A DNA stretch of 64,000 bases from Arenicellales bacterium (lineage in GTDB: Bacteria > Pseudomonadota > Gammaproteobacteria > Arenicellales > JAJDZL01): NCBI GenBank assembly GCA_965219265.1, contig OZ244730.1:1653529-1717528 (forward strand), read 5' to 3'. Positions 8,875-17,208 of the stretch are shown here, piece after piece; the first letter of the stretch is position 1; each line of letters opens with the position of its first letter. A model generated the notes under the pieces. It was not told the origin of the DNA. It saw only the letters and a program-made list of their open reading frames with translations, and ran no database searches. The translations under genes and the position numbers were made by a program.

Positions 8875-10949
8875 CCCATCTTTTCCATTTTACCGTTGAA
8901 AAACGCTGATTTGGGGCAATTTACCGCTACCCCAAAATCCTACCGTGTTGTTTTTATTTGATTCTGATTTCTTTTTGTCGCCAAAACCCCGTTGTAGTGT
9001 CCTAATTATTAATATTTATGTTGACATTCATCAGTCCCACACTATAATCAACTTCATGTTCATCCGCAAAATCAAAACCCGAACCCAAAACGGAACCGAC
9101 TACTTCGCGTTTCGCCTGGTCGAGTCCGTTCGCATCGGTGACAAGGTGCGACAGCGCACCTTGCTCAACCTCGGTTCCGACTTCAGCTTGCCGCGTGAAC
9201 AATGGAACGAACTGATCGCCGCCATCGAAGCGCAGCGTTCCACCAATTTGCAACTGCTGTCATTCCCCGAACCTATCGCCCGGCTGGCGGAGCGTATCGA
9301 TGCGCAGCTGTCGCCGAGCAAACCTGCACAAAAGGCACAGCACCATGGTGTTGATCTGAAATCCATGCACCACCGACAACTGCGCAGCATCGGTGGTGAA
9401 ACCGTTGCATTGCATGCGTTGCAACAGTTAAAGTTCGAAGAACTGCTCGCATCGTTGGGGATCCAGGAAAAACGACGCAAACTGGCCATTGCCCAGGTGG
9501 TGGCACGCATGGTGCATCCATCAAGCGAACGCGAATCGTTTCGCTGGCTGTGTGATGACAGCGCGTTATGCGAGCTGCTGGGTCTTTCCATGTCACAGCT
9601 CAAGCTCGGTGCGCTGTATCGTTCAGCCGATGTCATGTACCGTCACCGCGAAGCCATTGAAAGGGTCATGTATCAGCGTCAGTGTGAACTGTTCAAACAC
9701 ACTTCGAGCGTGATGCTGTATGACCTGACCAACACCTACTTCAGCGGGCAGGCACATCTGTCGCCGGGACAGTTCGGACGTTCAAAACAAAAGCGTCATG
9801 ACTGTCCGCTGGTGACGCTGGGCCTGTGTCTGGATGAAAGCGGATTGGTTCGTCGCTGTGAGGTATTGCCGGGCAATGTGTCGGAACCGACGACACTGGC
9901 GAGGGCGGTTGAACGTCTCGGAGCCGGTGGTGGGTCACTGACGGTCGTGATGGATGCGGGTCTGTGCACCGAGGCGAATCTGAAGTGGCTGGATGAAGCC
10001 GGACATGACTGGGTGGCTGTGGTTCGGAAACGAGCCCGGATGCCGGACACAGACGCGGATGTGGAAACGGTGAACAGCAGCCGAGAGCGAATCCGGATCT
10101 GGCGTTTGGATGAAGACGAAAAAGGTCAGGTACAGCTGTGTGTGCATAGTGCGGCAAGACAAAAGACCGAGCGTTCAATGCTGAGCCGGGCGCGCCAGCG
10201 TTTCGAGGACGATCTGAAATACTTGAATGAAGGACTTGGCATTCGCGGACGCTTGAAGCGCCATGATCGGGTGGTGGAGAAGATCGGTCGGCTGCGTAAG
10301 CGTCACAAGCGCGTCAGCGCTCAGTATGACATTGTGGTGAAAGCGGACGACAAGGCACGCAATGCCATTGCCGTGAGTTGGACTTGCAATCACAAACACC
10401 AGGTGCGAGATGATCATGCCGATTCGTATTTACTTCGCACCTCGCTCAGTGACTGGGATGATGAACGCATTGTTCGTCTATATTGGACCTTGAGCGAAGT
10501 GGAGGCGACATTCCGCACTCTGAAGTCGGAGTTGGGGATGCGTCCTATATATCATCACAACAAATCACGGGTGGCGGCGCATCTGTTCATCTCGGTTGTG
10601 GCTTATCAGGCGGTGCATTATTTACGACTGATGCTGCGAGGCAATGGTGTGCGCTCAAGTTGGAATACGGTTCGCAACAAGCTGTCGACCCTGCATCGGC
10701 TGACGACGGTGATGGATGAAGCCAATGGTCAGCAGATCCGTGTTCGTCAGAACAGTGATGCCAGTGCTGAGCAACGTCGGCTGCTATCGGCGATGAAAGT
10801 GGAACTGAATCGGGACCAGCGCATTGAGTGTTGGCCCCGTGAGGAGTTAAGTGTTACAAAAGTAGTGACCTAACGCCTGGTGGCAAAAAATCAAGTAATT
10901 GAAAATAAAAGAATATTCTTGTCACAATTTAAAAAATGGCAAAGATGGG
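8875..10949 (+). mobile_element. IS1634-family insertion sequence (2075 bp)
   Basis: 17-bp terminal IR (cccatcttttccatttt / aaaatggcaaagatggg, 16/17); TTAA on both sides (8871-8874, 10950-10953); GC-richer than flanks. Confidence 0.9.
9056..10873 (+). CDS. IS1634-family DDE transposase
   Basis: MFIRK...RLVESVRIGDKVRQRTLLNLG; YDLTNTYF, VVMDAG, EATFRTLKSELGMRPIYHH motifs. Confidence 0.9.
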   Translation: MFIRKIKTRTQNGTDYFAFRLVESVRIGDKVRQRTLLNLGSDFSLPREQWNELIAAIEAQRSTNLQLLSFPEPIARLAERIDAQLSPSKPAQKAQHHGVDLKSMHHRQLRSIGGETVALHALQQLKFEELLASLGIQEKRRKLAIAQVVARMVHPSSERESFRWLCDDSALCELLGLSMSQLKLGALYRSADVMYRHREAIERVMYQRQCELFKHTSSVMLYDLTNTYFSGQAHLSPGQFGRSKQKRHDCPLVTLGLCLDESGLVRRCEVLPGNVSEPTTLARAVERLGAGGGSLTVVMDAGLCTEANLKWLDEAGHDWVAVVRKRARMPDTDADVETVNSSRERIRIWRLDEDEKGQVQLCVHSAARQKTERSMLSRARQRFEDDLKYLNEGLGIRGRLKRHDRVVEKIGRLRKRHKRVSAQYDIVVKADDKARNAIAVSWTCNHKHQVRDDHADSYLLRTSLSDWDDERIVRLYWTLSEVEATFRTLKSELGMRPIYHHNKSRVAAHLFISVVAYQAVHYLRLMLRGNGVRSSWNTVRNKLSTLHRLTTVMDEANGQQIRVRQNSDASAEQRRLLSAMKVELNRDQRIECWPREELSVTKVVT

Positions 10950-11148
10950 TTAATAAAACTATATAGGTTTATTCCTCACTTTACCGAATTTGAAGTAAGA
11001 GCGATTCTAATACAACAAAGCGAACAATCCTGATAACCAAGCACGGTTCAACTTGTGTATAAGCGTGAAGTACAGACATCCACTTGATGTCAAGGAATCT
11101 TGGTATCTTGCGTATATCCGACTATTATGTTTTGTCCCTACAATGACA

Positions 11149-12444
11149 TTAATTCTTTCGAATCTCGATGATGCCTGGACGTGCGGAGTAGCTATGTATG
11201 TGGTAGATTAATTGGTTGAGCAGTTGTTCACGTAGCCGAAAAATGGGTAGTTGCTTCTTGGCAACGCGCTCGGTTAACGAAATCTGGAACCGGGAATTTA
11301 CATGCAAAAAATAATTATTATGATCTAATCTAAAGCAAGGGCTTTTCCAGACTGCTTTTTTCGAACTACCGGGTTTAGACCCGTCTTCAGTCAATAATAG
11401 ACCGAGATAGTAGGGTAACAGTCCAGGTCCAATTTGCGCATGATCACATGCAGCGGGCGCATATACCAAAACCCATTGAAAATTTACTCCTGCATTTGGT
11501 TCGATTCCTTTGTGATGGAATTGCTTGATTGCAGCTTCTTGCATCTCAAGATCGATTCTCTTCCGGAAGAATTTCCCTGAATACTGCGGCGGTAATTTAA
11601 TTACGATTCCCGGTTCGCAGGCGTAAGTATTGGGTTCTAAAGAAAGATCAATATGAAGGAGTTGATTTAGTTCTGCAATTTGGTTAGCGCAAAGTTCTTC
11701 CGAATTGTCTTCTACTTGGAACGCGGAATTCCAAACTTCACTGTCTTCCTCTGAACGCAAATTTGCGATACGATCAGCCAAGATTGGCAACAGAGCTTCG
11801 TTCACTGCTCGGAATTTGTCACCACTGACATTATCAAAGCCGACAGCTCCAACAGCCATTCTAGATAGAAGGGTGGATACAGTATCATTCAAATTCTCGT
11901 TCCCGCGCGCTAGGTCCAAAATAGACGAAACGGTCTCACCTGCAGCACCCGCCACTTTCCGTTCCCAGTTCAGTAGTGCGCTGATCTCACGTTGATCCTC
12001 AAAAATTTTCTTTACCTTATTTACAAGCTGTTGCGAGTTTTCCAATTGACCATTTTTGATGAATTCTTCCTTATCCATACACTCGATTTTCAGTGGTTTC
12101 GGTACATTTTTTAGACGATCATTTAAATACCCGTTTAGATTTGCAGCTTCATCGGAATATCTACTCCACAATATGATCAAATATGGGCCAGCAGGTTTCA
12201 TTTGATTAATCAGCACGGCGATGGAATTAAAGTTTTGCTTGTGATTATCTGTAGGGTGACCGGCTACTAGATGAAGATCGGTGAAGATGATTCTGACATG
12301 TCGGCATTCTGGGATTACCTCTAAAGTTTCCTGACTAAAGTGGATAGGATGACAATACCAACCATTTCTTCTGAAAGCATCAATCAAGCTTTCGAGATGT
12401 TTAAGCTCGTTGTCGACTGCGATAACGCGAGGTTCCGGAAACAT
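11149..12444 (-). CDS. Receiver (REC) domain protein with uncharacterised C-terminal region
   Basis: VIAVDNE, IFTDLHL (putative phospho-Asp), IILWS, MDK; start overlaps upstream stop (TGATG). Confidence 0.75.
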   Translation of the reverse strand: MFPEPRVIAVDNELKHLESLIDAFRRNGWYCHPIHFSQETLEVIPECRHVRIIFTDLHLVAGHPTDNHKQNFNSIAVLINQMKPAGPYLIILWSRYSDEAANLNGYLNDRLKNVPKPLKIECMDKEEFIKNGQLENSQQLVNKVKKIFEDQREISALLNWERKVAGAAGETVSSILDLARGNENLNDTVSTLLSRMAVGAVGFDNVSGDKFRAVNEALLPILADRIANLRSEEDSEVWNSAFQVEDNSEELCANQIAELNQLLHIDLSLEPNTYACEPGIVIKLPPQYSGKFFRKRIDLEMQEAAIKQFHHKGIEPNAGVNFQWVLVYAPAACDHAQIGPGLLPYYLGLLLTEDGSKPGSSKKAVWKSPCFRLDHNNYFLHVNSRFQISLTERVAKKQLPIFRLREQLLNQLIYHIHSYSARPGIIEIRKN

Positions 12445-14570
12445 CAGTCCATTCTCTCGAAGATCATCGCAATGACCGCTCCATCGAACTCTTCGGGTAT
12501 TTTAATTTCCTTTGGCGATGGAAAGGCAATTTGTCCACCGTTGAGTTGCATGACTAGATTCGCATAAAACAAACCTAATCCCATGCCTTCGGTCTTCCTC
12601 GTAAAGAATGGTCGCACGAGGGTCGCGGGATCATCTCCTCTGAAACCGGTTCCATTGTCGGCAACTACAATAGACGGGCCAACATCGAATTCATCGGAAA
12701 GGCCAATGTAAATTTTCCTGTCAGACGGACTTTTTGTTACATCAGTTTCCGAATGTCTCACCCTGAGCCAATAAATTGAATTGTCCAGAAGATTGTTCAA
12801 TGCTCCCGAAACTAGGTTAAATGCGAATCTGGACTTAATACCGTCGTTATTCTGTTGCGCAAAATTGTTGGTAACATTGATATTGTGCCATCGAAAACGC
12901 AGTTCACTGAACTTGCATGCAGTATTAGCAAGCCTACTTAAGCTGTGCACTTTCTTGCTGTCCCTTTTCAGCAGTATGGCAAAACCATCTAGAAGTTCTG
13001 TTAGGTCACGAGCCTGCCGCGCAGCGTTTTCCATGTCAATTCCGTCCAAAATGGATTTATAGAGAAATCTCACGCCTCTTTCCACTTCATGAAACACGAC
13101 CGCCAAATTCAAGCCTGAAATTCCAGCCGAAAGTAGTATTTCCTGCATACTGTAGTAGTTGTTTTCGATTTTTTTCAAGTGTACTTCGAATTCATCCCTT
13201 ATTCTCCGTTTATCGAGTTCACGTCGCATCTCCTCAAGAGGCTTCTCGAATCTGTCTGTTTCTGGATCGGAAGGTTTTCTGGTAACTATTCTAATTCGCT
13301 CCTTGTCGATGTTGCGTTCTGGTTCAAATGTTCCGAGGACGGAACGAACAATCGCCCGAAACCGATGATAGGAATCGTTTTCTACGAAACCTTCCCGACT
13401 GGTTTTTTCGATTAGACCTGTGGAATGTTGCAGGGAAAGATTTACAGCTCCCAATACGAGATTACGGCTCACGCGAAATGTAGGCCTATTGACTCGTTGA
13501 AGGTCAAGCCCGAGCCAGTCATCGCCCGGTTCGCCATAATCGTAAACACGAATACCGTCTCGATAGACTCGAATGCCTCCGTTTTTGTCCAAGTAATTTC
13601 TTACATTAGCGAAATTTGGCAAAAACTGTCGAAGTGGTGTATCCCGATCGTAAGCATAAAAAACTCCCGAGACAGGCCCAACACCTTCAAATTCCGGTTG
13701 CTTCGCGATAGTCTTCTCGGTTGTCCAAGAAGCTCCTTTTTTTTCGAATAGCTGGAGCGGTTCCGCAGATTTGTTTGTCGACCTTGGTTCCAGATTCAGT
13801 CCCGGAACTTGGCGGAAATCGTACTTCCAGTCGAATTTGCCGTTGTCATCGACATTGAACGAGAATTTCCAGATGGCGTTTCTAAGAATTTCGGAAACAT
13901 CTGGTAGGTCGGAAATCCACTCTTCTTTACCGGAGACAAGCAATTTAGCCTGAAATTCGCTTTGTTGTTCAAATGGCGAGCATATGGAAGTAATTTGAGT
14001 GTAAAGACGTCGTATTTCCCCTCGTGTCCAGTTTGCGCGCAGTTGACGAATTTCAATCCGCGTGCCAGTATTGTCGCCGGTAAAAGTTTCGGGAACACCC
14101 ACGTGAATGGTGACCGGGAAACTATCGAGATAGGGCTGTTCAATCAATTCACGCCAATCTATTTCGACTGAACATTCATCACTGTCGCTGGCTCGCGTCA
14201 CGAGCTTGATTAGATTTCCGAGTTTGTGTACTGCAAACCGTCCCAGTCCTTTTTCACCGAGTGGAAGGCGATTGTGCAATGGTGACCTACGATTGTCTCT
14301 GCGTTGTTGCAGACGGTGATCATTCCCGGGTTCAAGCCACACCTCCCGTATTTCATCGGGTGTCATCCCGTGACCGTCGTCCGTAACAGTGATGCTGGAT
14401 TCTTCTGCATTATCGAGCGAAAAGTGAACGATTGCGTCATTCGCATCAGCATCATATGAATTTTTTACCAATTCAAATATCGCGAGTCTGGCATTACCAA
14501 TCAATTCATCGCCGAGTAGTTGAAGCAACCTTGCTCTTGGACGAAACGGTTGACTTATTTTAGAAGACAT
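12444..14570 (-). CDS. GHKL (MORC/MutL-like) ATPase fused to a histidine kinase module
   Basis: N-terminal ELVKNSYDADA, DDGHGM, GEKGLGRFA; C-terminal H-box FHEVE, N-box NNLLDNS, DNGTGF, PFFTRK, GMGLGL. Confidence 0.85.
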   Translation of the reverse strand: MSSKISQPFRPRARLLQLLGDELIGNARLAIFELVKNSYDADANDAIVHFSLDNAEESSITVTDDGHGMTPDEIREVWLEPGNDHRLQQRRDNRRSPLHNRLPLGEKGLGRFAVHKLGNLIKLVTRASDSDECSVEIDWRELIEQPYLDSFPVTIHVGVPETFTGDNTGTRIEIRQLRANWTRGEIRRLYTQITSICSPFEQQSEFQAKLLVSGKEEWISDLPDVSEILRNAIWKFSFNVDDNGKFDWKYDFRQVPGLNLEPRSTNKSAEPLQLFEKKGASWTTEKTIAKQPEFEGVGPVSGVFYAYDRDTPLRQFLPNFANVRNYLDKNGGIRVYRDGIRVYDYGEPGDDWLGLDLQRVNRPTFRVSRNLVLGAVNLSLQHSTGLIEKTSREGFVENDSYHRFRAIVRSVLGTFEPERNIDKERIRIVTRKPSDPETDRFEKPLEEMRRELDKRRIRDEFEVHLKKIENNYYSMQEILLSAGISGLNLAVVFHEVERGVRFLYKSILDGIDMENAARQARDLTELLDGFAILLKRDSKKVHSLSRLANTACKFSELRFRWHNINVTNNFAQQNNDGIKSRFAFNLVSGALNNLLDNSIYWLRVRHSETDVTKSPSDRKIYIGLSDEFDVGPSIVVADNGTGFRGDDPATLVRPFFTRKTEGMGLGLFYANLVMQLNGGQIAFPSPKEIKIPEEFDGAVIAMIFERMD

Positions 14571-14602
14571 GTTTTTGCAAATGGCTATCCAATTTTTAAT
14601 CA

Positions 14603-14692
14603 GGGAGCGTTACCGCGCATCGAATGATAGCGAATCAATTGGGTGTTGTCGAATCCAATGTGAAGAATTGGCTGCAGGCTGAAAAGGCTTGA
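14603..14692 (+). pseudogene. Possible HTH regulator remnant
   Basis: Short frame reads ..MIANQLGVVESNVKNWLQAEKA*, an HTH-like pattern, between the divergent kinase and vsr genes. Confidence 0.25.
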
Positions 14693-14895
14693 CGCTTGAC
14701 TAAATGAACAATGGTGATCGATTCAGACTGGTTGAACGCCGAAGATTCAGCGATCAGCCGTTGAACCAGACAAGATATTCCTCCAATAATCCATTATTAT
14801 AAATCGATATGACATGAACTAGTGATATCAGTAAGAGTTAAGCGTTTCGATAAGGAATACGTACGAGAGACGTTACTTTGAGGATAGTTGTAACT

Positions 14896-15342
14896 ATGGC
14901 GGACACGGTTTCAAAAGAGGTGCGATCCAGAATGATGGCGGCGATACATGGACGCGACACAATTCCGGAATTGTTCGTGCGCTCAAGACTGTTTCAGGAA
15001 GGATTTCGTTTCCGTTTGCACAGACGAGACCTCCCCGGTACCCCGGATATCGTACTTCCACAATATCGAACGGTAGTATTTGTTAATGGATGTTTCTGGC
15101 ACGGTCACGACTGCCCCGAAGGGCGTGTCGTCCCCAAGACACGAACCGAATTCTGGAAGGCAAAGCTGACCGGCAATGTTGCTCGGGATCGAACTAACCA
15201 GAGTAAACTTGAATTATTAAATTGGAAAGTATTTGTGATTTGGACCTGTCAGTTCGAATCCGATACCGAAAGAGTCTTGGACGATCTTAGAGAACAAAGA
15301 TTACCGGCAGGACAGGGCAATCAAGGGCGACAGAATCCGTAA
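14896..15342 (+). CDS. vsr: Very short patch repair endonuclease
   Basis: MADTVSKEVRSRMM, DLPGTPDIV, GCFWHGH, WTCQ motifs. Confidence 0.95.
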   Translation: MADTVSKEVRSRMMAAIHGRDTIPELFVRSRLFQEGFRFRLHRRDLPGTPDIVLPQYRTVVFVNGCFWHGHDCPEGRVVPKTRTEFWKAKLTGNVARDRTNQSKLELLNWKVFVIWTCQFESDTERVLDDLREQRLPAGQGNQGRQNP

Positions 15343-15411
15343 CAACGGCAAGCACAAGAACCAAAGTAAATTGTGGAACAAAGAAAGGAAGACCACCGTC
15401 GCTGGATGCGG

Positions 15412-15800
15412 AGAAGCTTGCAAGCCAGCGAGGGTTCTTTCCTTGATGAGGTTACGCTCAAACTCCGCCAAACGCCGAACAGATGAAAGATCAACTTACC
15501 GCTACTTGATGCAGTATCAATCGATTCGTGTAGGCTTTTCAACTGAACTCCCTAGGATTCCAGCAACGTCACGGTCTCGGTTAGATCTCGCAGTGATCTA
15601 CTGAGGCGATCCAGTCTCCATACCACCAAGGTGTCTCCAGGTCGAGCGAAATTAAGTGCCTGATTGAGATTCGGTCGAGTATTGACAATCCCGCTAACCT
15701 GGTCCTGAAAAACCCGTTCGCATCCTGCTTCTTCCAGCGCATCTATTTGCAATGTTAGACTCTGATCCCCGGTGGAGACACGGGCATAGCCGATCAGCAT
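15412..15800 (-). pseudogene. Serine resolvase/invertase with in-frame TAG (15552-15554), frameshift (~15478) and lost HTH
   Basis: MLIGYARVSTGDQ..WRLDRLSRS..LES*GVQLKSLHESIDTASSSGKLIFHLFG then AEFERNLIKERTLAGL in another frame. Confidence 0.85.
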
Positions 15801-15817
15801 AACAGGACATCCGGAAA

Positions 15818-15880
15818 GTAAAGAAACTCGTTAACCATAGCGAGTATCTTTACATAGAATTCTTTACCGAGTGTCTTTAC
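15818..15880. promoter_or_regulatory. res-like site upstream of resolvase pseudogene
   Basis: gtaaagaaactcg-N10-cgagtatctttac inverted pair (12/13) plus third copy cgagtgtctttac at 15868-15880. Confidence 0.6.
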
Positions 15881-16222
15881 TATAAATCAGGCGAAAACCG
15901 ATCAATTCTGTGGATCAGGGAGACAGTAAATTAAATGCCCGTTTTATTTACCAGACTGCTAGTCATCAGCGAAACAGTATCTTTGGATTGTGGACAAATT
16001 GCCACCTAATATAGAGGTGGCGCCAACTACCGGGGCATTGGACCGGGATCCATCGTCGCAGAGTTTCGGGTGTCCCAGTCTAAATCTTTAAGGACTTTTT
16101 CAATGTAACTGTACGTGCGAAATTCGCTATTATCTGCCACCGGCGGAATTCAAAATTTTACAATAGACATTCTCTCGCATTAAGTTTATCAATAGTGACA
16201 CACGTTTTTTTAGGAGGTTGAA

Positions 16223-16444
16223 ATGAAATGCCCAGTTTGCGATGGTGCGGCTCAGGACATTACGGAGCCTAGCTTTGACGGCAAAAGTGTCAAATGCGAT
16301 GAATGTGGGCGTTACAATTTCACGGGAACAGCGATGCCTCGCTTTGAGAAGTTATCGCAAGAGGAACGAAAGGATGCTCTCCGCAAGGCCAAACGGTTCG
16401 CGAAAACTAGACAACGGCCAGTAATCGACAGTCGCTGCTTTTAG
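16223..16444 (+). CDS. Small zinc-ribbon protein (73 aa)
   Basis: CPVC...CDEC; strong AGGAGG RBS before ATG. Confidence 0.7.
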   Translation: MKCPVCDGAAQDITEPSFDGKSVKCDECGRYNFTGTAMPRFEKLSQEERKDALRKAKRFAKTRQRPVIDSRCF

Positions 16445-16508
16445 GCCATGCCCATCGCTGGAATATTTTCCATTGGTACAACAATTACCTGTTCCATAGA
16501 CTAGAGAA

Positions 16509-17045
16509 TTGAAGCGTATAACAATCATTCTAATTCTCATTCCATCATTGTTTCTCGCCACATCCTTAAAATCGGAGGAAGTGACCAGACCAAATCGCTT
16601 CGAGCTCTGGAACGACTGCAAACCAGTGGGTTTGGCAATAATCATGCCTTCACCTCAGGAAATAGACAAATTATTACCTGAGCCTGCGAGGAGCAATATC
16701 CGGCTGGAGCGAGTGGAGGTCTATGCCGCCGTACTCAGTAGACTTCAGGCCGCTAGTCTCTACAGTGCTGAACCTCTAACCTCAGTTTTTTCGGCTCTAA
16801 TTATGTCCGTAAGTGTAATTGGTGAATCATTTGAAATAGAAACCAAATACAAGAAAAGGTTGATCGACCCGGAATCCGGTGAATCAGGTATGGTTGATAC
16901 TTGGAAGTTGCGCGATATTACCTTTCTGGTGCCCAGAAAACACGGTAGAGATTCAGGATATATTCTGTACTGGATTTCGGAGCACACGGACAAGTTTATC
17001 GATGAGTACCTGCGCGTAAATGCGGATGCGTGCATACATCGCTAA
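16509..17045 (+). CDS. Hypothetical exported protein
   Basis: N-terminal MKR + hydrophobic signal-like segment; 178-aa open frame. Confidence 0.6.
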   Translation: MKRITIILILIPSLFLATSLKSEEVTRPNRFELWNDCKPVGLAIIMPSPQEIDKLLPEPARSNIRLERVEVYAAVLSRLQAASLYSAEPLTSVFSALIMSVSVIGESFEIETKYKKRLIDPESGESGMVDTWKLRDITFLVPRKHGRDSGYILYWISEHTDKFIDEYLRVNADACIHR

Positions 17046-17208
17046 ATTGATTGGCAGGTCAAGTATATAAATCCCCTGAAAAACCTAATGGCCATCGGAC
17101 CCTTTAAAATCGTTTGGTTACTGCTTTGAAGGAAAAAATCAATACAGGATACCTTGTATCAATTGCCAATTAAAAACCTCCATTTTATTTCCAATAGATA
17201 ACTAAATT

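Noticed and set aside
8945-9055. N-terminal extension of the transposase ORF (similarly 42464-42649, 41089-41142, 35647-35745, 25096-25323)
   Set aside because: Family-typical starts lie downstream; the extensions overlap IS ends, neighbouring genes or intergenic DNA.
11075-11093. gacatc-N5-gatgtc repeat overlapping TTGACA as an MTase promoter/operator
   Set aside because: Only 6-bp arms and no acceptable -10 at 16-18 bp spacing.
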